Of a stretch of 64,000 nucleotides of DNA, positions 10,317 through 20,174 are shown one piece after another (the stretch's first letter is position 1; the number at the start of each line of letters is the position of its first letter). A program made the position numbers and the translations under genes. Under the pieces are notes generated by a model. That model made no database searches. It was not told where the DNA came from and saw nothing but the letters and a program-made list of their open reading frames with translations. Origin of the DNA: a virus (Duplodnaviria; Caudoviricetes); IMG/VR virus record IMGVR_UViG_3300037781_000042, positions 128,001 to 192,000 of that record, one strand, 5' to 3'.

Positions 10317-10547
10317 ATGAAAAAAGAACAAAGAATAGTAGAAAGTTTTGAAGATTTTCAAAATCCTGAAGCAGCTCCAGTAGAAAATAAAATTTCTCCA
10401 GAAGCAAAAGAAAGAATGGAAAGTTTCGCAGATGCTGAAAATTTAACAGCTCTTGTTGATAGTGTAAGATTATTTGCTTCTGAAATGATGAACGACGGTT
10501 TTGAAAAAGAAGATGTAATGGAATACATTGAATCTATAATTGATTAA
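10317..10547 (+). CDS. small acidic internal-protein-like ORF with leader
   Basis: MKKEQRIVESFEDF leader. Confidence 0.65.
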   Translation: MKKEQRIVESFEDFQNPEAAPVENKISPEAKERMESFADAENLTALVDSVRLFASEMMNDGFEKEDVMEYIESIID

Positions 10548-10560
10548 ATACTAAAAAACT

Positions 10561-11037
10561 ATGAAAAAAGAACAAAAAATAGTCGAAAGTTTTCAAGATT
10601 ATTTCAAAAATAAAGAAGAAAACGTAAGTAAAATTCAAGAAGAAAAAAATTACGATCTTGATTCAAAAACAGGTCAATTAGAATTTTTAAATAACGAAAT
10701 GGATGCTCTTGAAAAAGAACTTGAATTTGAAAAAGATCCTGCGAAAAGAAAAGAGATTGAACAAGAAATGGAAGAAGTTGGTCAATCTATTAGAGATTTA
10801 GAAAATGAAGAAGACGAAAGTGTAGTAGAAAGTTTTGCTCCTCAAATAGATAAAAGACTTGAAAAAAGACAAAAGAAATCTTTAGAATTAAAAGAATATA
10901 AAGAACAGGCAATGACAATTATCCAAGGCAGAGATTATGATCTTTATGATTTCGAAGATAAAATGTATGATGCTTTTATGAGAGGAGATGATCCTAAACA
11001 ATTTGCTAGAGATTATGTATTAGATAACGAGTTATAA
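10561..11037 (+). CDS. acidic coiled-coil internal-protein-like ORF with leader
   Basis: MKKEQKIVESFQDYF leader; a second VVESF motif internally. Confidence 0.65.
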   Translation: MKKEQKIVESFQDYFKNKEENVSKIQEEKNYDLDSKTGQLEFLNNEMDALEKELEFEKDPAKRKEIEQEMEEVGQSIRDLENEEDESVVESFAPQIDKRLEKRQKKSLELKEYKEQAMTIIQGRDYDLYDFEDKMYDAFMRGDDPKQFARDYVLDNEL

Positions 11038-11038
11038 A

Positions 11039-11479
11039 ATGAAATTAGATTTTTTTACTAATATGGAAAATACTGTAGAAAAGTTTTTAGAGCCACAATA
11101 TAATAATTTATTCGATATAGATTTATTTACAAATAATTCTAAGATAAATGATGAAATTTTTATAGAGCTTTTAAATGAGTCTGTAGTATCCGTAGATTTA
11201 GAACTTAAGAAATATAGATTTCATACAGAAATTTGTTTAAATGAAGGAACTAAATATATTTTAGAATTGTTTCATAACTTAAAACATAGATTTCCAAATC
11301 CTAAAGTAACACTATCTTTATTTAATAGAATTCATGAACCTTCTATTTCTATTGATTTTACAGAAGTTCAATTAGATGATATTGAATTTTTAAAATTTGA
11401 TTATAATGATAATTCTTTAACTAGGTTAAATTTAGTTTGGGGATTTAGAAAATACAAATTACGTTTACATAATGACTAA
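11039..11479 (+). CDS. tail tube-like protein (gp19 fold)
   Basis: EPQYNNLFDI near the N-terminus; C-terminal VTLSLFN...IDFTEVQLDDIEFLKFDYNDNSLTRLNLVWGFRKY pattern; lies between two sheath genes. Confidence 0.55.
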   Translation: MKLDFFTNMENTVEKFLEPQYNNLFDIDLFTNNSKINDEIFIELLNESVVSVDLELKKYRFHTEICLNEGTKYILELFHNLKHRFPNPKVTLSLFNRIHEPSISIDFTEVQLDDIEFLKFDYNDNSLTRLNLVWGFRKYKLRLHND

Positions 11480-11696
11480 ATTATATGAAAGCTTTGATGA
11501 ATATTCTTCTTATGCTGGAGAAGTAGAAGTAAATACTGATTTAGAAGATGGTATTTACAAAGGAACTATTTCAGGATGGATAGTTACTGTAGAAGGACAA
11601 GATTATAGAAGTACAACAGGCGGAGTTAGATGCAGTGGGTGTCCTATTGAAGCCTTTGTTAAAAATAATGTTTTAAGATTTAAACAATTAAGGTAA
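11472..11696 (+). CDS. small protein with leader-like N-terminus
   Basis: MTKLYESFDEY; body resembles the next ORF (DGxYxGxxxG). Confidence 0.55.
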   Translation: MTKLYESFDEYSSYAGEVEVNTDLEDGIYKGTISGWIVTVEGQDYRSTTGGVRCSGCPIEAFVKNNVLRFKQLR

Positions 11697-11706
11697 AGAA
11701 AAGCTT

Positions 11707-11946
11707 ATGGAAAAGAAAGATAGATTATATGAATCGTATAACAGTTTTTGTACACCTCCTAATATAAATACGTTCACTACAGAACAAAAAGATGGAACAT
11801 ATTCAGGATATGTTTATGGAGATAAATTGTATCTCCAAGGATGGGATAAAATAGAAGAATATTCTTTAATGACAAATAGAAGAATTAAAGGAAAGAAAAA
11901 AATAATAGTTGAAGTAAAAGACGGTTCATTTACTTACAATGTATAA
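11707..11946 (+). CDS. small protein with leader-like N-terminus, probable paralogue of 11472
   Basis: MEKKDRLYESYNSF; DGTYSGYVYG versus DGIYKGTISG in 11472. Confidence 0.55.
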   Translation: MEKKDRLYESYNSFCTPPNINTFTTEQKDGTYSGYVYGDKLYLQGWDKIEEYSLMTNRRIKGKKKIIVEVKDGSFTYNV

Positions 11947-11953
11947 AAATAAG

Positions 11954-12418
11954 ATGGAACAGAAACCAGTAAAATTATTTGAAGCTTGGAGAAAATTTAA
12001 TGAAGATAACAATCAAATGTCTCCAGAAGAAATGTTATCTCAGATTATAATAGATAAAGGATATGATGAAGCTATTGAGGTAATAGAAGAAAATCCTAAA
12101 CAATACTTAAGTGATTCTGCTGTAAGATTTGTTTCTGATTATCATGTATCAGAATGGGAAATCACTAAAGAATATCAAGAAAAATATTCTATTCCAGTTG
12201 AAAGATATTCTGAAATTTTACAAAGACTAGATGATTTAGTTGAAAATGAAATGAATAAACCTAAAGAAGGAGAATGGTTTAATGAAAAGGTTAAAGATGT
12301 TTTAGGAACTGATGTAATTAAATTAGAAGAACATTATTTAGATAAAGTAGTTTTTGATGATTACAATCATTTAAAATACATCTTAGAAAGAAGAAAGAAA
12401 CAAAGCATTCATTTATAA
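11954..12418 (+). CDS. acidic protein with leader-like N-terminus
   Basis: MEQKPVKLFEAWRKFNE from ATG 11954 (longest ORF starts at 11939). Confidence 0.55.
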   Translation: MEQKPVKLFEAWRKFNEDNNQMSPEEMLSQIIIDKGYDEAIEVIEENPKQYLSDSAVRFVSDYHVSEWEITKEYQEKYSIPVERYSEILQRLDDLVENEMNKPKEGEWFNEKVKDVLGTDVIKLEEHYLDKVVFDDYNHLKYILERRKKQSIHL

Positions 12419-12441
12419 AAATAAATTACAAATAAACTTTT

Positions 12442-12470
12442 AAAAGAGACTTAGAAATAGGTCTCTTTTT
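12442..12470 (+). terminator. rho-independent terminator
   Basis: aaaagagac...gtctctttt stem with T run. Confidence 0.75.
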
Positions 12471-12474
12471 TATT

Positions 12475-12484
12475 GAATATATAC
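12475..12484 (+). promoter_or_regulatory. candidate late promoter GAATATATAC
   Basis: Directly after a terminator and before the second sheath gene, the same layout as at 6837. Confidence 0.55.
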
Positions 12485-12511
12485 ATTATGTACTAAACAG
12501 TAAACCTAATT

Positions 12512-15500
12512 ATGGCAGTAAATATAAATCTTTTTGATATTAAAAAACCCGGCGTAACTATAATTGAAACAAGCGCAAATGATCAAGAATTACTTCAAAG
12601 TAATCGATTATCAGAAGAGCGTTTAGTAGTTGGTTTTTCAAGGGTGGGAACATTTAATAAAGTAGTAAGAATAGAAAACGTAGAACAAAGAAGAAGAGTT
12701 TTTGGAGAAATTGATTCGTTTTTAGAAAAAAGAGGATCTTATTTCCATAGATTTATAGATATTTGTTTACAAGAAGGTCCTGTTCTAGCACTAAATTTAT
12801 TAGCTTTAGATAATAGTGATGATGGAGATAAAGTAGAATTTAATTCATTTTCAACTACCCCGCAAACAGAAAATCCTAATAAAATAAAAGAACTTTATGC
12901 TGCATTTTATTCTAAAGAAAGAATGTGGGAACCTTCAGAATCAAACTTTAAAGCTATTATTGATAGTAATATAGAAACAAAAGATTCTATTTTATCATTT
13001 GTAAATTTAAGTCAATCTCAATATTCTATATTGATCAAAAAAGCAGATTCTACTAGAGAGTTTGATGTATATGCGCACGAATATTTTGGAAAAGAAAATG
13101 TTCCTCCATATATGAATCCTTTAGATAAAATTTCAGATTATTTTGTAGATGTAAAGATAATTAAAGGAGACTTCACTGATTATCAAAGTTTGTCTACTGA
13201 TGCTGTTTATTCAAAATATTTTAGCACTAACGGGTTAAATAAAGATTCAGTTTCTTCTTTAGAAGGTTCATCAGATTTTGATGTTGTTCTTTCTGTTACT
13301 GGATCAATAGTTCCTGACATTTTAGATGGGTCGGGAATTTCTTATTCTATTGATAATATCATCAACAACTATTTATCTACTGTTGGTTTATTTTGTACTA
13401 TTAACGATGATTATTTATTGTCTTTATCAGAAGAAGATTTTTCTGTAATTGATATGTTAGGTCATAGTTTAGTAGATGAAAATTTAGATATAGAATCTAT
13501 AGACTTTTTATCTTATAAATTTAGTTTATTAGAGAATATAATTTATACACAAAAAACTACATTTACAGAAGATAACGTTCCTTTAGCAGACGGATCTGAT
13601 CATTATCAGAATTCTGTAGGAAAAGGAGAAAATGGATTATTTTCTAATAGAGTAACTGTAGATGGAACAGATGTTCAGGCAAACATAATTCCAGAAACTT
13701 CTTTAATAAAATTAGATAATGGAGCTAAGTATGCAACAATTAAAAATTATAGTACAAGTTCTGGAAATACTATAATTACCTATACACATCCAGATAAAGC
13801 AGGGGAAGGAACTTTTAATTATTTAGTTGATTCTGTTGATGCAGCAAATAGTAATGTTGTAATAAAAGGAGTTCATGGAGATCTTGATTTAGGAATGACA
13901 AATGAAGATTTCTATTTAACGAACGGAATTTCTAAATATTATTTTGAACTTTCTGGATTTGATGTAGATGGAACAAATAACATAACGACATTTACAGTAG
14001 CAGATAATACAAATTTATCTAACATTGATACTAATTATAAAGCTACTTGGTCAGCAGGATATAAAATTTTAGAAGTAGATTCAGCAAATAGTAAAGTAAC
14101 GATTGACGGTTATTGGGATTTTGATACTATAAGTTCTAACTTAACTGCTAATACAGTTTATTTAAAAACTAATTCAGGAACTACTGGAACTATGGCTTTT
14201 TCTGGTCATACAATTGATGATAATGGAGATACTGTAGTAACAATAACTGCTGCTTCTACAGAATTGGCAAATGGAACAACATTTAATTTAGTGAGTTTAG
14301 GAGAATTGGATGAGCTTGCAACAAATCCTTATTATGTTACTTTTGGTTTTGATTCAATAACTAGACCAAATATTTCAGCAAATAATGTTCAACTTGTATA
14401 TGAACCAGACGTTGTAAAAATAGATGGTGATAAATTAGTTGCTTATAAGAGTTCTCAAGCTTATGTTGATTGGGAGTCTGGTAAACTTGCTCAAGGAGAT
14501 GTTTATTATAAAGAAATTACTGGTCCTACAGATAAAGCATATTATGTTTCAATTGAAAAATTATTAGATAATGATGGAGTAGAAAGAATAGTAATTGATA
14601 ATTATACTGATACAGATTTATCTGTAAAAGATTCAGAAGTAATGGCATTAGGAAATAAAAAGAAAGTAGGAGATACTTACGAAGCAGTTTCTCCTTCAGA
14701 AATTGCATTTTCTTCTAGAATAGGAAATATTAATGAAAAGATTTTAATTGAACAAACATTTGATTCTGGAACAAGAATAAGATTAACTTCTACAGAAGCA
14801 GATAAATTAAAAGTAGGAGATTTATTAAATACTCAAGTAAATGTAGAAGGAATAACTAAAAATTATTTAACTCCTATTTTAACTAAAAGAAAAGTAGTAG
14901 TTTCTGAAGTAATTTATTATGATATTACTTTAGTAAGAGCTCCTAAAATATTTTTAATTTCAAGTAGTTATTATATTGAAAAATACAAAACATTTAACGA
15001 CTTCACTGATTCATTTAATTTAATTACTTTAGGTGGATTTAAAATGGGCGAATACCATTTACCTGGAAGCTTTTTAAATAAATCAAGCCAATTAGAAAAA
15101 ATATTAGGAGTCATTACAGATACTAATTTAGAAGATTCTTTAATAGATAGAAACATTATAGATTTTAGATACTTAGTAGATTCGTTTGAATCTTTAATAA
15201 CAAATGAACTTTATCCTAAAACAATTTTATCTAATTTATGTAGTAAACAAGGAAGATCGATTGCACTTTTAAATGGACCAAGTATAGAAGCATTTACTAA
15301 TTCAGTTGCTCCTGGACCAATTTTTTCAAGCGCTGCTAACAATAGAGTATTTGATGCTATTTATGTAGCTGAAGGTGGAAATGATGATTTAAACCCAGAT
15401 TATAAATATTCACATCCTTCTGTTTCAAATGGAGCAAAACATTCAACTGTAGTTGGACCTTATGTTACTTATGTTAAAAACAATGGTCAAAGAATTAAAC

Positions 15501-16075
15501 TTCCTGCTGGAGCACATGCTTCAAATTTATTTGTTTCTAAAAATAGAACAGGAGATAGATTTAAACCTGCTGCAGGAACATCTAGAGGATTTATTAGAGA
15601 TCCTAGAGTAGTAGGAGTAGAATATATTTCTGAAAATGATGTTCAATATTTTACTGAAATAGGATATAATCCATTTATAGATAAAAGTGGATATGGAATA
15701 ATAATGTACGGAAATCAAACAAATTATTTAAAAGTTTCTCCTTTAGCAAATTTACATGTAAGAGACATGTTATGTACAGTTGAGAGATTAATTGAATATG
15801 TTCTACAAAGATATATTTTCGATAATAATACTCCTAGAACAAGATTTCAAATATTCGAAGATGTAGATGCTTTATTATTTCCTTTAAAAGATGAAGGAGC
15901 ATTTACAGATTATTCAATTAAAATAGATTCTAGTAATAACAATGGATCTGTTTTAGATGGATCTTATGGTATAATAGAAATTGAAATTTTCCCTACGTCT
16001 GCAATAAGAAGCTTTATTTGTGAACTTAATGTAAAGAAAGGAAGTGGTATAGAAGTTTCAGGATTTAATATTTAA
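12512..16075 (+). CDS. gp18: contractile tail sheath protein, copy 2
   Basis: IKKPGVTIIE start; shares GFSRxG, FGxIDxFLEKRGSxFH and DFRYLVDSF with copy 1; C-terminal GYNPFI, YGNQT, VRDML. Confidence 0.9.
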   Translation: MAVNINLFDIKKPGVTIIETSANDQELLQSNRLSEERLVVGFSRVGTFNKVVRIENVEQRRRVFGEIDSFLEKRGSYFHRFIDICLQEGPVLALNLLALDNSDDGDKVEFNSFSTTPQTENPNKIKELYAAFYSKERMWEPSESNFKAIIDSNIETKDSILSFVNLSQSQYSILIKKADSTREFDVYAHEYFGKENVPPYMNPLDKISDYFVDVKIIKGDFTDYQSLSTDAVYSKYFSTNGLNKDSVSSLEGSSDFDVVLSVTGSIVPDILDGSGISYSIDNIINNYLSTVGLFCTINDDYLLSLSEEDFSVIDMLGHSLVDENLDIESIDFLSYKFSLLENIIYTQKTTFTEDNVPLADGSDHYQNSVGKGENGLFSNRVTVDGTDVQANIIPETSLIKLDNGAKYATIKNYSTSSGNTIITYTHPDKAGEGTFNYLVDSVDAANSNVVIKGVHGDLDLGMTNEDFYLTNGISKYYFELSGFDVDGTNNITTFTVADNTNLSNIDTNYKATWSAGYKILEVDSANSKVTIDGYWDFDTISSNLTANTVYLKTNSGTTGTMAFSGHTIDDNGDTVVTITAASTELANGTTFNLVSLGELDELATNPYYVTFGFDSITRPNISANNVQLVYEPDVVKIDGDKLVAYKSSQAYVDWESGKLAQGDVYYKEITGPTDKAYYVSIEKLLDNDGVERIVIDNYTDTDLSVKDSEVMALGNKKKVGDTYEAVSPSEIAFSSRIGNINEKILIEQTFDSGTRIRLTSTEADKLKVGDLLNTQVNVEGITKNYLTPILTKRKVVVSEVIYYDITLVRAPKIFLISSSYYIEKYKTFNDFTDSFNLITLGGFKMGEYHLPGSFLNKSSQLEKILGVITDTNLEDSLIDRNIIDFRYLVDSFESLITNELYPKTILSNLCSKQGRSIALLNGPSIEAFTNSVAPGPIFSSAANNRVFDAIYVAEGGNDDLNPDYKYSHPSVSNGAKHSTVVGPYVTYVKNNGQRIKLPAGAHASNLFVSKNRTGDRFKPAAGTSRGFIRDPRVVGVEYISENDVQYFTEIGYNPFIDKSGYGIIMYGNQTNYLKVSPLANLHVRDMLCTVERLIEYVLQRYIFDNNTPRTRFQIFEDVDALLFPLKDEGAFTDYSIKIDSSNNNGSVLDGSYGIIEIEIFPTSAIRSFICELNVKKGSGIEVSGFNI

Positions 16076-16077
16076 AA

Positions 16078-16956
16078 ATGAATAAAGAAAAGCAACAAAA
16101 AGAAAATTATAATCAAAGTCTTAGAGGAAAGGATTGGTTAGGTATAGTTGTTGATATAGAAGATCCTTTACAAAGAGGAAGAGCTAAGATAAGAATATTT
16201 GAAAGATTTGATCAAAGAGCTCCTATTGACGATAAAGGAACTTATCCCGACGAACCTTTAAAACTAGAAGATTATCTAGATGAATCACATTTTTTACTTC
16301 CTAATAAAGCTTTGCCTTGGATGTTTCAAGTAAATTCTCAAATATTTGCAGGAGGCGAAAATCCAGGATCAGGTTCTTTTTGTACTCCTAAGTTAGGATC
16401 TTTGGTAAAAGTTAATTTTGTAAACGATGACATTTATTCCGGAGAATATCATACTGTTCATAAATTAAATGAAAAGATGATGGGAATAATTACTCGTGAA
16501 GATGGTGATTATGTAAATGCAAATGTTACTTTCTTTGATGAAGATGAAGATTATTGGATGCTTTATACAAAATCTATAGGACTTCAAGTATATCATAAAG
16601 GAAGTCAAATAGTAATTCGCCCAGACTCTTCTATATTCATAGAACATAAAGATACGGAATCTATGATAGAATTAAAAGGTCCTGATATTAAGATAATATC
16701 AAATAGAGATATTGACATAACTTCAGAAAATAGAATAACTGTTAATTCAAGTATAGTTAAAATAAATGGAGACAATACTTATTTAGGAAGCTCTCCTACT
16801 TTTTCTGCTGTTCATGGAGAACCTTTAATGAAATTACTTAAAGCTATGGCAGTAAATATAGACGGAAAAATGTTTGCTACCCCTGGCGTTACCACTACTG
16901 CCGTAGATGCAGCAGAAAATTTAATACTAGCACAAACCGTAAAAGTTGGATCATAA
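16078..16956 (+). CDS. gp5: baseplate hub/spike protein, gp5/VgrG OB-fold
   Basis: WLGIVVDIEDPLQRGRAKIRIF OB-fold motif, PKLGSLVKVNF, and beta-helix-like C-terminal repeats. Confidence 0.85.
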   Translation: MNKEKQQKENYNQSLRGKDWLGIVVDIEDPLQRGRAKIRIFERFDQRAPIDDKGTYPDEPLKLEDYLDESHFLLPNKALPWMFQVNSQIFAGGENPGSGSFCTPKLGSLVKVNFVNDDIYSGEYHTVHKLNEKMMGIITREDGDYVNANVTFFDEDEDYWMLYTKSIGLQVYHKGSQIVIRPDSSIFIEHKDTESMIELKGPDIKIISNRDIDITSENRITVNSSIVKINGDNTYLGSSPTFSAVHGEPLMKLLKAMAVNIDGKMFATPGVTTTAVDAAENLILAQTVKVGS

Positions 16957-17795
16957 TGAATAAAGAATTTAAGACATATAAAGAGTTTTTAAATGAGAGT
17001 CAGGAACTAGATCAATCTATATTTCCATTAGAAGAACCTGAAGAAGTAAAAGCGTTTATAGAAAAACATCTTGTAAATAAAAAATATAATGAAGAATATA
17101 GATTAACAGGAGATTGGAAAGTAGACGAAGAAGGATATTTTAGCACTCCTGGAAATTTAAATATATCTTCTATGAGAGCAGTTAAGAAAAAAATTCCATT
17201 TAAAATAAAAAATATAGGAGGAAATTTTAATTGTAGTCATAATGCTTTATATGATTTAGAAGGTCTTGAGAAGTTAGAACAAGTTGGTGGAAATTTTAAT
17301 TGCGGTTGGAACAATTTACACAATTTAAAAGAATTAAAAAATCTCGAATCAGTAGGGGGTTATTTTGAATGTCAGAGTAATAATAAATTAACTAGTTTAG
17401 AAGGGTTAAAAAAGCTTCAATTTGTTGGAAAAGAATTGCATTATTCATTATATTATTATTTTAATATAGTACATCTAGCACGAAATCATAGGAAGTTTAT
17501 TTATTATTTTAGTACCTTAATGTTCCCACAATTACATTCAAGGGTAAAAGTTTCTATTAAAAATCATTCATCATATTATGATACTTCATACGAAGATGGA
17601 ATAAAAACTTTTGTATCTTTGACACAAAACGAACAAAAGAAAATAATAACTGCTTTAAGTGAAGTAGATCTTCAAGCATATAGAAAACTTCTTTCTTATG
17701 CTGAAGAAAATAATATTAAGTTACCTTTAGATAAAGAAGTTTACAAATGGAATAAAGAAGCTAAAGATTTAGATGATACTGGATTAGAATTTTAA
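16956..17795 (+). CDS. LRR protein family A with capsid-targeting-like leader
   Basis: MNKEFKTYKEFLNE leader; 23-aa GGxFxCxxNxLxxLxGL repeats; ends DLDDTGLEF. Confidence 0.85.
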   Translation: MNKEFKTYKEFLNESQELDQSIFPLEEPEEVKAFIEKHLVNKKYNEEYRLTGDWKVDEEGYFSTPGNLNISSMRAVKKKIPFKIKNIGGNFNCSHNALYDLEGLEKLEQVGGNFNCGWNNLHNLKELKNLESVGGYFECQSNNKLTSLEGLKKLQFVGKELHYSLYYYFNIVHLARNHRKFIYYFSTLMFPQLHSRVKVSIKNHSSYYDTSYEDGIKTFVSLTQNEQKKIITALSEVDLQAYRKLLSYAEENNIKLPLDKEVYKWNKEAKDLDDTGLEF

Positions 17796-17806
17796 TTTTT
17801 TATTTT

Positions 17807-17825
17807 AAAAATTTTTACTATATTA
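17807..17825 (+). promoter_or_regulatory. candidate early promoter AAAAATTTTTACTATATTA
   Basis: Near-identical copy at 54933-54951 on the minus strand; both precede AAGGAG-led genes; low complexity. Confidence 0.35.
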
Positions 17826-17845
17826 AAAATAAAAAGGAGTAAAAA

Positions 17846-18436
17846 TTGAATATTTTTTATTTAGATGAAGATATAGATAAAATAGTAGATTATCATTGCG
17901 ACAAACATGTTGTTAAAATGACAGTAGAATCTATTCAAATGCTAGCTACTGCATATTACATCCAACACGGATACGGAAAAATGTTTAAGAAACTTACAGA
18001 AGAAGAAATTTCTTTTATGAAAAATGAAGTATTTGTAGATTTTCCAAGAGAAGAAATTTATAGAACTTCTCATCCATATCACCCTTCTACTCAATGGGCC
18101 GCACAATCTATAAATAATTGGAATTGGCTTCTACAATTAGGAATGAAACTATCAGCTGAATTTACAAAAAGATACGGAAAAGAACATGCTACAAATCCTA
18201 GATTTGAATGGATGAAAAATAATCCTCCTACAAATCTTCCAGACATTCCATGGACTCCGCCGCCTCTTGCCATGCCTGACATATATAAGCTAGAAAATGT
18301 GGTAGAATCATACAGAAATTTCTACATTCATGATAAACCATTTGCTACATGGGACAGATTAAATAATAAACCAGAATGGTTTGAAAAAGGTGACTTCAGA
18401 ATATGTACAGGGAGTGCAGAGGAGCATCAGGTTTAA
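17846..18436 (+). CDS. pyrimidine-dimer DNA glycosylase-like protein
   Basis: MNIFYLD...HCDKHVVKMTVESIQML, HPYHPSTQWA, VVESYRNFY motifs; TTG start with AAGGAG upstream. Confidence 0.8.
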   Translation: MNIFYLDEDIDKIVDYHCDKHVVKMTVESIQMLATAYYIQHGYGKMFKKLTEEEISFMKNEVFVDFPREEIYRTSHPYHPSTQWAAQSINNWNWLLQLGMKLSAEFTKRYGKEHATNPRFEWMKNNPPTNLPDIPWTPPPLAMPDIYKLENVVESYRNFYIHDKPFATWDRLNNKPEWFEKGDFRICTGSAEEHQV

Positions 18437-18462
18437 TTTTAAATTAAAAGATATAGGTAACT

Positions 18463-19059
18463 ATGCCATACAATAAAAGCTTCTTAGGGGATAAAGAGAC
18501 ACGTCGAGGATATACTACAACTAGTAACTTGGTGATGTTAAATTTTCAGCCTTTATATCAGGATATGTTTGTTTTTGATCCTGATCATTTAAGTGATTAT
18601 GTTCAAGATTATACTAATATTTTGTATTTGTATGAAGAGGAAAATTCTGCTTTTGATGTATATCAGATACAGGCTTTTTTAGAAGATACTTGTGGAATAG
18701 ATGATGTCGACTTTTTAAAGGTTCAGACTAAGAGTAAAGAAGAAGGATTCTTTTTAGACTTTAAAGATTTGGATGTTAATGAACTTGAGTTAGTAAAGTT
18801 TATTAGATATATGGATTCAAATGAAAAAGAATTAGATACTTTAACATTTGATGAGTATAAGAAATTAGGACTTTCCAAAGAGTTAAGTTTTGGAAAACTA
18901 CAAGAGCAAAATTTTTATATTCCTGATATTTATAGACATTTTGAATATGATAAGTTTACTTTTATAGGTGGACCAGAAGAAGATTCTTTATGGGAATTTA
19001 AGATTATGTTTGATGCTTTAAAATTGAAGTATGAATTAGATTATGATTTTATCTTTTAG
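18463..19059 (+). CDS. hypothetical acidic protein
   Basis: 198-aa ORF; no family recognised. Confidence 0.55.
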   Translation: MPYNKSFLGDKETRRGYTTTSNLVMLNFQPLYQDMFVFDPDHLSDYVQDYTNILYLYEEENSAFDVYQIQAFLEDTCGIDDVDFLKVQTKSKEEGFFLDFKDLDVNELELVKFIRYMDSNEKELDTLTFDEYKKLGLSKELSFGKLQEQNFYIPDIYRHFEYDKFTFIGGPEEDSLWEFKIMFDALKLKYELDYDFIF

Positions 19060-19060
19060 A

Positions 19061-19070
19061 GGATATATAG
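19061..19070 (+). promoter_or_regulatory. candidate late promoter GGATATATAG, 3 nt before the ATG
   Basis: Same ATATATAG-NNN-ATG geometry at 26459 (+) and 32065 (-). Confidence 0.55.
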
Positions 19071-19073
19071 TTT

Positions 19074-19760
19074 ATGAGTAGTACTGCACATATAGAAAAT
19101 CCAAATGATCCTGGATTTATTTGTAAACCTGAATTAACTGTATCTGGATTAGCAGAAGGAAAGATATTATTAGATGAAATCCTTTTAGTTTCAGAAGGAT
19201 ATGTTAAAAGAGATTCTATATTAAAAATATCTTTAACTGAATCTTATTTACAAGAAAATGATACTTATACATTTAATGCTCAAGATGTTTATAAATTTAT
19301 TTTAGGAGATAATGTTCAATCTTACTATTTAGAAAAAATAGAAGAGGTTGGAGATGTTACTGTTATTCATGTTTATGGAAAAACAGTTGAATTAGAAAAA
19401 ATATTTGGAACTTTAGAAGCTAAATCTTTATCTGAAGTTTATTTAGAAATTTCTGGTGAATTACAATTAACAGCTCCTTTAACGTGTCAATTAAGCAATC
19501 AGGATCCCGAAATTAGAGGAGTAACTTCTACTTCTGTAATATTTGATTCAAATGAATTAAATTCAAATTTTAGTAAAATAAGAGTTAGATATAAAAAAAT
19601 AAATGATTCAACTTGGTTATTTGCTGAATCATCTACTAGTGGATCTTTAACTTTATCTAATCTAGAAGAAAATGAAATTTATATTGCTTCTTATATGAAG
19701 TATTGTTCTTCTACTGATTGGTCTTTTTATTCTAAAAATTTATCATTCAAAACTTTTTAG
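19074..19760 (+). CDS. putative virion protein with C-terminal fibronectin type III-like domain
   Basis: VTSTSVIF...IRVRYKK..DSTW...SLTLSNLEENEIY pattern typical of FN3. Confidence 0.55.
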   Translation: MSSTAHIENPNDPGFICKPELTVSGLAEGKILLDEILLVSEGYVKRDSILKISLTESYLQENDTYTFNAQDVYKFILGDNVQSYYLEKIEEVGDVTVIHVYGKTVELEKIFGTLEAKSLSEVYLEISGELQLTAPLTCQLSNQDPEIRGVTSTSVIFDSNELNSNFSKIRVRYKKINDSTWLFAESSTSGSLTLSNLEENEIYIASYMKYCSSTDWSFYSKNLSFKTF

Positions 19761-20144
19761 TTCTGGACAATATTTGATAAATTCTAAATTGTCTAATTCT
19801 TTTAATTCCTTTTTACATTCTTTTATTTCTGTAGAAACTATCATAAATTTTTCAATTTTTTCAGAATATTTCTCTTCTATAAATCTCTGTAAATTTTCAA
19901 CTAAAGAAGTATGAATTACAGGAACTTTATAAACAAAGTATTTAGACTTAGAACTTTTAAAACTATTTTGAATTTTCTTAGTTAAAAAACAATTAAAATG
20001 AAAATCTGTATATTCAGGATCTCCTAAATCATGACTATTTTCATAATCTTTTCTAAGAATTTCTACATCTAAAAATTTATAATAAAATGGATCTAAGATG
20101 TCTTTTAAATCTTTTTCTATTTCAGTAGTTAAAATAAAATTCAT
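19743..20144 (-). CDS. hypothetical protein
   Basis: 133-aa ORF at the end of a minus-strand gene run. Confidence 0.5.
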   Translation of the reverse strand: MNFILTTEIEKDLKDILDPFYYKFLDVEILRKDYENSHDLGDPEYTDFHFNCFLTKKIQNSFKSSKSKYFVYKVPVIHTSLVENLQRFIEEKYSEKIEKFMIVSTEIKECKKELKELDNLEFIKYCPELKSFE

Positions 20145-20174
20145 TTATAATAAGTGGTTAATTAAAGTAACAGA

